Source: Chlorokybus atmophyticus (taxonomy: Eukaryota > Plantae > Mesostigma and Chlorokybus algae). From it: a stretch of DNA of 64,000 nt. Location: NCBI GenBank assembly GCA_009103225.1, contig RHPI01002262.1, forward strand, positions 536,317 through 600,316, in the 5' to 3' direction. Each line of letters starts with the position of its first letter. The stretch's first letter is position 1. The notes beneath the pieces are model-generated. The model did no database searches and was not told the origin of the DNA. It was given only the letters and a program-made list of their open reading frames with translations. Made by a program: the position numbers and the translations under genes. This document shows positions 41,383 through 51,677 of the stretch, one piece after another.

Positions 41383-42393
41383 GTGGCTGCTCAGCATCGT
41401 CCAGAGAGACAGCCGGTGCGGCACGAGCTGCCTAAGCTCAAAGCACCGACGCGCAGACGCTTTGGGGGGCTGACTCGTAGTGCAAAGGAGTTGATCACCC
41501 TACAGTACGCCCAAGACGCGCTGCATCACCGCATGCGGCATGCCTCGAGGTGGGTGACGAAAGTTTGCAATAAGTGGGAGCAAACGCGGAGAATGCGGTC
41601 TAAACAGACCTCTGGGGATTGGCCGTGGTTGGAACCCATACACGATATGGCCATCCGTAGTACGTTGTTGCCCCTCGCCGTCCTCGATATGATGGTGTTG
41701 TTGCTGCCGCAGCACCCCGGCAATGTGCAAGAGCTATTTGCGGAGCAGAAATTCGACCTGCTGCAGCAGATGTACCTGTCGATGTCGACTAATGCGGGTC
41801 GAGATGTGTGCCACTACCTGAGCAAACATACTGGGTGGCAAGTAAAACCATTCGAGCTGTACTTGGCATGCTTTGGCTGGCAGTGGCTGTATGTCATACG
41901 GCACGTCGAGCTGATTCTGTGGAAGCTCGAAGAAAATGACGATGCGGGGGAGTACACGAGTGACGACAGCCATGTCGAGGGCCTGGATGAACGCATGCTG
42001 GACGAGACCACCAAGACCAGCAGGTGGTGTATGGCGGCAGATGGGCGTCAGGTGATCGAGCAGGCAGTGGAGCGTTATGCTGCGCCATTCAGATGGGAGT
42101 CGCTACGCCTGCGACGCGATAACAGAGTTTGGTGGCAGAGGCAGCTTGCACACCCGCGTGCACCATGTGTGCTGATTTGTCGCATTGAAGAGCCAGCCCC
42201 CCCAGCGGATGGGGAGACGCTCTGTTGCAAGGAAGCGATGTGCCATGTCTGCATTATAGCACATCAGAAGACTGTGGCAAATAAATCAAAGAATCTACAA
42301 GCGTGTCCATTCTGCAAGCAACCTCACCCGTTTTGGTCGCCACGCCTGATGCAAGACGCCAACGTGTCGGCGGTGATTTGGCCCCCGCCTTGA
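41383..42393 (+). CDS. C-terminal RING-finger protein (possibly the last exon of the OTU gene)
   Basis: A 336-codon open frame ends in CVLIC...CCKEAMCHVC...CPFC. It lacks an early ATG and is preceded by a TTTACAG acceptor near 41377. Confidence 0.65.
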   Translation: MAAQHRPERQPVRHELPKLKAPTRRRFGGLTRSAKELITLQYAQDALHHRMRHASRWVTKVCNKWEQTRRMRSKQTSGDWPWLEPIHDMAIRSTLLPLAVLDMMVLLLPQHPGNVQELFAEQKFDLLQQMYLSMSTNAGRDVCHYLSKHTGWQVKPFELYLACFGWQWLYVIRHVELILWKLEENDDAGEYTSDDSHVEGLDERMLDETTKTSRWCMAADGRQVIEQAVERYAAPFRWESLRLRRDNRVWWQRQLAHPRAPCVLICRIEEPAPPADGETLCCKEAMCHVCIIAHQKTVANKSKNLQACPFCKQPHPFWSPRLMQDANVSAVIWPPP

Positions 42394-42683
42394 TGCCAAT
42401 TGTGCATGTATTGTAGTTTTGTGTTGGCTTCCTGTGAACCATGTAGGTACATGTATAGTTGCAGCATGGTGCATGGTGCACCAGAGATCTGCTGTTGTTA
42501 GAAGCATTGGCTGTACATGTGTATGATGACTGCCCGGCGCATGAGTCAGTGCATGGCTTGCATACCTCGCTGGTTTAGAGCGTGGTTGACAGCAACAAAC
42601 TCGGACAGCGCTCTGGGTTCCATGGCATGACAGCACAGTATTACTCTACGATCGTGGTAGTATGCGAGTATCCTTGTACTGTA

Positions 42684-42738
42684 GTACCATTAACAGATAG
42701 AGTACCATTCATGTTGATGTAGTACCATGCATGGTACT
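42684..42738. promoter_or_regulatory. GTACCAT/ATGGTAC palindrome cluster 2 (upstream of the methyltransferase gene)
   Basis: GTACCAT occurs at 42684 and 42702, and a perfect 18-bp palindrome AGTACCATGCATGGTACT lies at 42721-42738. Confidence 0.5.
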
Positions 42739-42876
42739 GCAATAGCGTATAAGGTACAGTCGTGCTTCACTTGAAGTTTGACCCATTTAGGGTTCGTAAG
42801 CTGGCAACCCTAAATTGATGCCCATACCCTAAAGTCTCGCTCAGTTTGTGGGCAGCCGTGCCGATTCCTATTTTGC

Positions 42877-44601
42877 ATGATGTCGGCGGCAGCAGTTGAA
42901 TCACCCTCACCTAGGAGACCATGCTTGGTGTGCCCACAATGCAATGCGTACGTATGTGCCAATGGCCGTAGGCAGCAAATGCGAGCACACTTGACCGAAT
43001 GCCAGCGAGTGCAGACAGTGTGCCACGGTTTTAGTGCTGCTTGCTGGCATCACACCACACACAATGTCGACGTGTTTAGCTGCCGCCTCGGCCAAGTGCT
43101 GTGCAAAGAACCCGAGTTTTTCCATTGCGTGCAGTGCGTGTGCGAATCGTGCTCGCGCTCATGCTTCGAATGGGAACCCATGCGCTTCTTCACATGGACA
43201 ACACCGGGACATGTGGTTAATGGACAGGTGGTGGATGCTGTGGAGGTAATCCACAGGAGTGGACCGCGACGTATCACTGCATGTTATGTTGGGCGTATGC
43301 TTATTTCATGCATGTTGAAGCTGTTGTCGCATTCATAGCAGTCTTGCACGTTGTGGGCGCGGGCAGTTCCATCCCCTGGCCGCTATAGAGGAGGCAGACC
43401 ATCGACCGTTGGACAGCGCACTGCATCGGCTGCGGAACGCAGTTAAGTTGGGTTGCGAGCAGCTGATCGGTGTGAGTGTCATGGTGCATTGGCCGCTGGA
43501 TGGGGAATGGTATGCGGGCGTTGTGGAATCATTCAAGCAAGCGTCAGGTCAGCATCGCTTCGTGGCGTGCGAGATTGAGGACGCATCATATATGCATGGT
43601 GCAATGGAAAATGTCTTTGCAGGGCAGCACCGTATAGTATTCGATGACGGTGATCGACCACAAACCATCAACTTCAAAGGGCACAACGTATTCGCGTACA
43701 CATCAGTTAACGGGGCACGCCATGTTCTGCGCGTCGGAGGGGAGAACGTCAGTTGCAAAGCAAGCCCGGACGGCATCATTGTTAGTCCTTGGCCAGCACC
43801 ACGGCCAGCCTTGACCACATACACGCCATTTGACAACAAGCTGGGACGCACACGTAGACCAAGGGCACTCGACGTATTCTGCGGCGGTGGCGGTGCCAGT
43901 GTCGGTCTATACCACGCAGGCTTTGACGTGACCGGGATGGACAAGTAAGTCCCTCCTCTGAGTACCCGCTGCCCTTCATACACCGCGATGTATGCACCCT
44001 GAGTGCAGGAGAGCTGAGCGAGTACAAGCTCATCTGAGCCAGTCCACCATGCCAGGCCTATTCAGGTGCTATCCCGGCACCTCAACGGGCGGCACATGGC
44101 ACATCCTGGAGACACCAGAATATGATACCGCTCGTCCGACGTCTGCTGCTTGCAAGCCACGTCAAGTTTGTGATTGAGAATGTGTCAGGAGCAGCTTCCT
44201 CATTCAGACCCAATCTGTCCCTTTGTGGCACGATGTTTGGCCTATCAACTTTCCGACACCGTCTGTTTGAGACACAGCCAGTGGTAGCTACCCCACCAGC
44301 ACGCTGCTCGCACGCGGGCAAGGCAGTTGGACTGCTATCGCCGCACCTGTCCGCTAGCGCGAAGAAGACAATCGTGACATCAAACGCGCCACAGCAGATG
44401 TACCCGGTCTATGGCCTTCCAAGCACCAGGGGCGGCATTGCTGCGTGGCAAACAGCGCTGGGAGTGCCATGGATGACCTCGGCCGTTTCCATAGCGAATG
44501 CAGTTCCTCCCGCAATGGCGGAGTGCATAGGGCGTCTCATGCTTGAAACAATGGATATGCGCTGTGACTACCCTCCTGTGTCATGGAACTATGAGGCTTA
44601 A
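42877..44601 (+). pseudogene. Cys-rich region + Tudor domain + phage-type C5 cytosine DNA methyltransferase fusion, disrupted
   Basis: The Tudor domain reads LIGVSVMVHWPLDGEWYAGVVESF..SG|QHRIVFDDGD. MTase motifs are motif I LDVFCGGGGASVGLYHAGFDVTGMD, then YPLPFIHRDV, motif IV LI*ASPPCQAYS, motif VI FVIENV, motif VIII LCGTMFGL..FRHRLFET, and LGVPWMT...NAVPPAMAECIG. There is a frameshift at about 43945-43950 and a TGA at 44035-44037. Confidence 0.85.
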
Positions 44602-44804
44602 GTGTGGTGCACTGTATTGATGCTTAATGCCACACGGCGGACTGATTGTTGAATGTTGCATGGATCATTCGCTTGTGGTGACAGTTGTGCAGTGACAGCT
44701 GCCCGATATTGTACACGTCCACATGCAAAAGTCTTAGCATACGATTAGCAATGCCTAACTGACTGATGTGCTCCAAACTGAGAGAAGTGAGACAAGTACA
44801 TGTG

Positions 44805-47800
44805 TCACGTGGAAGTGCAGTGAACGTTCACCCAATACTTGCCCTCTTGTACACGGGCGCTGTCCTTGTCAAACATGGGGAGCAGCTGGACAATGCCTCT
44901 TACTTGCTCCAGAGTCACGACATCAAGATGTGGACCGCCTCGACGCTTTTCCCATTCCAGAGCGATGCACTTTGTGTCGCTCGTCACATCCAGCTTCGTG
45001 TACCAGCGGACAAACACGACCTCCTTCCACACGCGCTCGCCGCTACCACCCCACACCACCACGCGCAGAAAAAGGAGTGCCTGAGCCCACCACGTCACGT
45101 TCACACCGTCCTCATCACCTTCCAACTCAAGTGTAGAGAACCAAGGCCGCCCATGGAACATCCCAGTTGCGCGCGCCATGCTGACTCCTGATGTCATGTA
45201 CACCGCTGCGCCTCCGTTCACCACGCGAACAGCACGCCACCCGTCGGCCAACTCCAGTTGTTCCCTCCTCAACCAGCTGTCCAGGGTGGCAGGCAGCTTG
45301 TCGGCAAATGGAGTCTTCAAGGCGACTTGGCGGCTACGCGCAGATCCGCTCCAGTACGGGCTGGACTCCCTCCTTGTCAGCACATCCATCCGTAGCAACT
45401 TGTCCGTCTTCTCCATGACATTACAGCACTGCTGCCGCGCCTGCGCCATGACCGAGCGCATCTCGGGATCCACGACCATGCCATCCTCTCTCACATATTC
45501 CGCACAGCTCCATGCCTTCAGGATACGTGCCTGGTAGTCCCGGTTGTTGCCACCACGCGCCCACCGTTTGATATTTTGGGCGTGCGTCTGCTCCATGCGG
45601 TTGGCGCTGAACCAATCTGGGTGTCCACTGCTGACAATTGCCGGCCCAAAATGAGTGAGCTGATGCATCTTCTCGATCTTCCAACCTGACTTCTGTGCAG
45701 AATATGACGACAGTAGCGGATGCAACACTGCAGCTTTGAAGGCAGCCAGCTCGTTGTCGGCTGTGGTCAGGGTCTCTCTTGTGTGTTCATGCGCCTTCAG
45801 CAACTTCTTGTTCCACTGGGCAAGCGATGCGGCAGCAATGGTGAAGAAATCGTTGCCCTCACTGTCGAGCAGCAAACCGTCTGCGAGGACCGGCAGCAGC
45901 TGCAGCACCGCCACTTTCTCCACCACCTGAAAGGAGTGGTCGGACAGGAAGAAATCTACTGTGCTTGTGGGTGCCTTGAAGTGCGAAACCCGCAGAGTCG
46001 CCTTGCATGCATTCAGCCTGTGCACATCTGCTCGTGAGCACGTGTTGTTGGCTTTTGTGTTCAACACAAAAGCAACACCAAAGACGTGCCTGGCCTGCAG
46101 AATCTGTCTCGTGGATGGACGCATTCGTTCCTTCGCGGCGTCGTACACAGCAGCAAGCAGGTGGTCAATGATGCCTCCCAGCACATGCATTGCGTCAGGG
46201 GCAAGACGAGAGTAGCAGTCAGCTCCCGGCACCCGCGACTGTCGCCAACCCCACAGTGCATTCTGTTGCCAAACCACATTGCCTGGTTTCACGGAAAGCC
46301 ATTCATCCTCACGAATGCCGGTAATTTGACCATTACCTCCTCGACATGCATGGAGTGCTGCTCTTTGAAAGCCTTGGCTGTCTGGCGTGCATTCCTAACA
46401 CCGCTATGCAGGTCCGCCCGCAGCTGACGTATTGCTGGTGTGTAGAAGGCCTCGGTTCTCAATTCCCGGTCCTCATCCATCTCCAACAGATCTGATTTGG
46501 TGACGAGACAAACATCGCAAGGATGTCGTGTTTGGTTGCCCGACACAGTGCGTGCGAGTGTGGCAGTCTCCTACAACACGACAAACTCAGATGTTCTACT
46601 GACAACATCCTCCATGCACTGTTTGCTGGCGGGCTGCATCCGGTTACAACCATTCATGCCCACTACCTGCAAATCGCTGATGTAGTTGGCAAGCGCGGGA
46701 AACACACGACGCTCGATGCCATTCGGGTCGATGAGCTGCAGACCTTCCCAACTCGCCCGCTTCACATCCCCTAACACTACATTCAAAGCGTCATGAAAAA
46801 TCTCACGTTTTCGAATGGAGAACGATTCCTTGCCCTGCGCCCAGGTGGGATGCCCGGCCACTGCGTGAACCACCGGCAGAAGCGCTATCATAACAACCCC
46901 CATGTTGCTAGCATACATGTCCCAACTGTAGTTGGCAAGCGATGCCATCAGAGGGTAGCCAGAGCGCTTGCCCGCGCTGTCCAGCGTGGTCTTGTCACTG
47001 TACAGAATGGCAGGCGCCAAGTAGGACGCTTCCCCCACCTCTCTCCTCAAATCCACCTCCACATCCTTTCACCAATCGCCCGTGGAAGGATGGCCAAAGC
47101 TGCGCTCGTCACCAGTGTACCGGAGACTGAAGCCATTGGCGGCATGTGGATTGCCATACAACCGCGCGAGCCATATTTGCTCCGACCAAGAGCATTACTT
47201 ACTATGCTGGCCTCAGAATAGATACTACATCGATTCTGCATTAGGTACTGCATTTCATAGACCTTGGCCGGCATATATGTGACGCAGATGTCCTGATCCT
47301 CAGGGTCTCCAGGCTTGCGCAGGTCAGCCGTCACGTAGTTCTGATACGGCAGCACACTCGCATGTGCATATGTGACATGGCTCTGATGGTTGAAGCACAT
47401 GCACCGCACACCGTGAACACACCTCAGACTGAGAGAAAGCAATCGTGGTCCGGAGGTAGCTGGCCGCATGCACACCGGTCTCCCACTGGAGCTCTTCCGT
47501 CAGGAAGTGTGCAATTCGGATGCACTTTATGATCCGCCCCATGTCGGAGGCCGACAGGCCTTGACCGTTGTTGCACTGCACGAATGCCACTGCAAGAGCA
47601 TGCTCCGAGCCATACCACCGGGATTCCGACGCGTGCGAAGGGACGCCTCCACTTTCATGTTGGCGTGCCACAGGTTTCTCAGGCACACGCACACATCGAA
47701 AGCCCTCATTCACTTCCTCCTCCTCCTGTTGCTGCTGTGCGTGTGTCTCCTGGAGGAATCCTTCAGCATCAAGCATGTGAGCATCCTGGATCGAACTCCC

Positions 47801-47947
47801 CGGTTCAACATGACCCGCATCGTACTGTAATGGACGCTGGCCGACATACAGCTTGATCTGCTTGCACACCCTGCTGCTAATAATGTGCATGTAGACCGAG
47901 CTGCGTGTGGCGAAGCGCATGTGGCAATACGGACAAAGGACTCCCAT
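44805..47947 (-). pseudogene. Plavaka transposase (CMC/CACTA-related DDE) with a premature stop
   Basis: It has an N-terminal zinc finger CPYC..H...C, then LYGNP, HPSTGDW*, PAILYSDKT..GYP, IFHDAL..VL, YISDLQ|E, HPCDVCLV, PDAMH, KMHQLTHF...GHPDWFSANRMEQTH..IK, and a C-terminal VFVRWY domain. Introns lie at 47422-47341, 46666-46571 and 46336-46263. The TGA is at 47069-47071, and the junction near 47180-47260 is unresolved. Confidence 0.9.
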
Positions 47948-48114
47948 ATCTCACTACTAACGTCGACACAGGTGTCGCCAATGTAACCTGCATCATATCC
48001 AGCAACACGCACACCCGCCGCCGCCGCCGCCGCCGCCGCCACCGCCACCGCCACCGCTATCGCTACCCTTGCATGCCAGAGGCGGGAAACTTGACCGCCA
48101 GTCACTGGCTCCGT

Positions 48115-48305
48115 CGTACCATTATAATGGTACGAACGAGCCATTGCACGTCCAGGGTGAGTCTCTGGATATTTTTATATACATATATATTCTGATTGAA
48201 CCGTTTCAATGGTACGAAGATGCCTTTGCCAAAAGGTCTAGGCATTGTACAAAGGTACCATTGAAATGGTACCTTTGTACAATGGCAATGGCAGTTCGTA
48301 CCATT
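48115..48305. promoter_or_regulatory. GTACCAT/ATGGTAC palindrome cluster 3 (upstream of the transposase, divergent to the next gene)
   Basis: A perfect 20-bp palindrome CGTACCATTATAATGGTACG lies at 48115-48134. A hairpin with 20-bp perfect arms CATTGTACAAAGGTACCATT-GA-AATGGTACCTTTGTACAATG lies at 48243-48284. Extra half-sites occur at 48209 and 48298. Confidence 0.6.
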
Positions 48306-48336
48306 GACAACTCTGGCAATGTCAGTCCCCCTGCGC

Positions 48337-49876
48337 ATGAAAACACCATTGATAGCTCCGCCAAGCTATGCCCTTACAGGGGCGTGATGCCGAGGGTATG
48401 TGGCGTTTGGAAGATCGTTGGCGGCGCTGCCAGGGGCGTAGTGGGCATTGTGGTCGAGGTCCGGGATGAATTCCATGTTCGCACAGGGCGGGCAGGGTGC
48501 CGGAGGGGTGTCCTCGGTGTCAAACCCCACCAAGACTACCAAGGGCACATCCAATGACAACAGTGACTCGGGCGATATCTTACAGGGCTCCCCCTCCGAG
48601 TGGGCAAAGGCACACCACAATACTGCCTCTAAGAAAATCCGACCCACCAGCAGCTGCGACCACGGCGACATGATTGAAGGGACCAAACAAGACTGGCATA
48701 ACCAAGGTGGGTTACGATGCACTGTCAATGCCACATGCTAGGGTTCTTTTATCTTGCACATGCATAGCCTCAAGTATCTTGCACTTGACATACGTTGTCA
48801 ATTCGACATGCACACCCTCATGCACAACCTCCAGTGTCATGCACATGAACAGCATGACCAATCTCGCAAATGCACAGCCTATTTCTACTTGCGGGAGCTC
48901 ACAAGTCGCAAAAGAGAAGCTGCGGAGTCAAACGAACGGGTAATCTATGACCTAGTTTAATGTTTTCAGCGGTAATTAAGCAGTATGCTTGCAGATTGCC
49001 ATGTTGGTCAGAGTGAACCAAGAGTAGCGCGGCAGGCTGACTGTCTGCCTGGCGGAGTGCAACAAAGCGGAAGACGAGGTAAGCGTGTGTAACGGGAAGG
49101 TACATTTTATTACCACAAATCGACTATAAAAGCACCAAGTCTTTTGTGGTCGAGTGGGCTGTGACATTGGTCATCGGAGCTTGAGACCCGGGTTCGAATC
49201 CTGCCTCGCACACGAATTCCGCGGTCGTTGTTTCTCGATCCAATAATCGTAAATGGTCACTTTATGAGTGCCATCATCGATGGGTCGCGACTTGCCTAAT
49301 GGCAGTCGCGCCGAACTGACCAGTTCAGTCGGCGCGGCAGGGCGCGACCTGCCTATCGCGGCGACGCGACCTGTGGGGCCGGCAGCGGCGCGCTATGCGC
49401 GCGTTGACCGGTTTGGGCCTAAAATTGGCCGGTCCTTGGATGGTGGGGCCGGTGACCGACCCTAAATCAGACCCCTGGGAAGATTCCCCAGCTGATGGCC
49501 GCCAGCTGCCGAGGACGTCAGCGTTCTTAAGTGGGGGGGAATGTAACGGGAAGGTACATTAATTACCACAAATCGACCATAAAAGCACCAAGTCTTTTGT
49601 GGTCGAGTGGGCTGTGACAGCGTGTGTATGCTGATGGGCTAGTCCTCTGGCAGCACGCCACTCTTACAGCATTACCAAATGCAGGTGGTCACTCTCAAAG
49701 CGACCATCAAGCGCATGCGCGTGCACGGCGAGGCGCTGACATTCAAGCTGAAGGACGAAGTAGCCGCTGTACCGCTGTGTCAGCGAGCGAGGCAGCGGAT
49801 GAAGATGACTCCGGCGTTGAAGCAGAAGACTTGTCGGAGGAGGAACAGGAGGAGGGGGTTTGAGGAGGAGTTCTGA
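48337..49876 (+). pseudogene. Degenerate multi-exon coiled-coil gene interrupted by the TRIM
   Basis: Exons ...CLAECNKAEDE|VVTLKATIKRMRVHGEALTFKLKDE join in frame across a GTAAG...CAG intron that now contains the TRIM. Several in-frame stops are present and I recognise no family. Confidence 0.35.
49088..49619 (+). mobile_element. TRIM (non-autonomous miniature LTR retrotransposon), 532 bp
   Basis: The LTRs at 49088-49166 and 49542-49619 (79/78 bp) have TG...CA ends and differ by 2 substitutions and 1 indel. A 5-bp TSD GCGTG lies at 49083-49087 and 49620-49624. A PBS-like TGGTCATCGGAGC lies at 49168-49180 and a PPT GGGGGGGAA at 49533-49541. No protein-coding capacity is recognisable. Confidence 0.95.
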
Positions 49877-51677
49877 GGCAGGCACCACGAGTTGACAAGC
49901 TGCGCATGAGTCCGACAGCTAGACTCAATGTTATAGGATAGTTTCATGCGCAAGTCGGCTGCTCAGTTGTAAGTGGACATACTCTCACCACTGCCCGTAC
50001 ATTTTATACATTGTGGGCTTTTAGGTGCAAGACCAAACAATCAGTCCAAGGTTTGTACAAGCTGCATGGCATGTTAGTGTTGGCTTACGGCAAGAATTGC
50101 CAACTTTTGTCAAATGGCAAGGGTTACATATTATCAGCAGTGTAACGGCAAAGAAACTGCCGGCTATTGCTGTCAGCTGTCCGTAACTACCGGTCAACGG
50201 CCGTCTGTGCACATCGACCAAAGGGTAACTGGTTGACAACTCTCGGCTGGTTAGTGCCACTGACAACCACTTTCGGCCCGCGGCCGTCTGCGTCAGTCCA
50301 CTTAAGCCAACGGCAAACCCAACAATCCAAAAGTAATATTTCAGGCAGCAACAGGCAGGCTCAGGCAGGCTCAGGCACCAGTCAGTCCCTCAGTCCTTAG
50401 TCAGTCACCGTGTAAAATTTGCGACGTCGCTATCGCTCACGGATTATCATGCCGTATTTGTTGTATGCTGACCCTTTTATACCGGTAGTACTGTCTGCAA
50501 CTTCCGCTGCAAGTGTTCTGTTTGTGCACCTCAATCATAGTCTATAATACAGCAGTGTTGTGTTGGGGGGCACTATTGTAGTACACTGATGGATTTTGTG
50601 CTCCAGGTAGTCATTCGCAACATGGCAGGTGCAGGCTCTGCTCTTAAAATTGCACTTGCCCATGCACACGCGATGGAACTTGTACGTGCTTGCACATCGC
50701 ACCATGTGAGTGATTTATAGCAACTTTGTAGCAACTTGCTATTCAATAGCGTGCGTTTGGATGCAGGGGTTTGTGTGGGCATGTATGGGCAGGTGCATCA
50801 ACCATCGTATGCTTGCCGCGTGTATGTCCGCAGATTTCCCTTGAGGAACATCCCCGGGGGGGGCCCATCATATAGTTGGGGGGGGGGGGGGGGGGNATTG
50901 CAACATTGCAGCATGCTGCTTGAAATGCTTTATGCAAGATTGTTTAACATATTATTATCATGCGATGTGTTCTCATCGTTACAAGTATCGTTACTCGCTT
51001 ACAGCAATGCGTGATTGGCATTTTGCACATGAGTACGTAATTGTATACATTTGTTTGCTTAATATATGCCAATGTTTAAGCAAGCTTTTTATGACGATGC
51101 AAGGGGTAATTAGTGATGTACTTTTTTATGAAAGGGTTCCTGTTCGTACGCACACAACTCAGGGATGGGATACTGAAGACCTGTCTTTCAGCCACGACAG
51201 CCGCCATGTTGTGCTGCTCACCCTTTGCTGCCTTGTTTGTTATGTCTTTGCGCGTGTGAGCCTTGCATGGATACTACTGGAAAGCCTATACTGCCTACCA
51301 TGCTTGACCATGTCAACAACACGCTATACACACTGCGTGTTAACGGCATACAGCACTCTGCAGGGTATGTGATTCTGACCTTTATTTTGTATTCGACACC
51401 CCCAACAGCGTCACAAACAGTACTAACAGGACTGGTTGTAGTGGTACTAGTCTCTAGATGTGCATGTGCGGAGCAACAATTGGCACACAATGCAGCTATG
51501 TCAAACGCATTGATTAAAAAGGAGGTCAAAAGACATACAACTAGTGCTACCCATACCACATCTACAAAGAATGCTTGCACAAACCTTAAAATATACAAGT
51601 TGGGCAGCCCAAGTGGGCAATGGACAAATTGACAAATTACACTAACTACATGTTACAAGCTGCTCGGCTACGGGCAG

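Larger units (their letters stand above)
35301..50426. mobile_element. Putative large (about 15 kb) cargo-bearing Plavaka DNA transposon, decaying; boundaries approximate
   Basis: The block holds a Plavaka transposase and several tightly packed non-housekeeping genes with short introns that lack the microsatellite-rich introns of neighbouring host genes. It has shared palindromic upstream motifs and a tandem array near the left edge. The left edge abuts an assembly gap. Confidence 0.65.

Noticed and set aside
44035-47071. UGA-as-Trp recoding of the element's genes
   Set aside because: The same genes use TGG elsewhere and the MTase also carries a frameshift. Host genes in the window (CMO, Kelch, CWC21, DHNAT, sterol GT) end in TGA. 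Ordinary decay explains the pattern.
49140-49212. Genuine tRNA gene
   Set aside because: The A and B boxes are present, but the acceptor stem and anticodon arm do not pair and the sequence straddles an LTR/PBS junction.
35301-50426. Endogenous giant virus or Polinton
   Set aside because: I saw no capsid, packaging ATPase, PolB or other viral core genes. The genes have spliceosomal introns and the only mobility gene is Plavaka.
50430-51670. Small ORFs between the element and DHNAT
   Set aside because: They show no motif or consistent splice structure.
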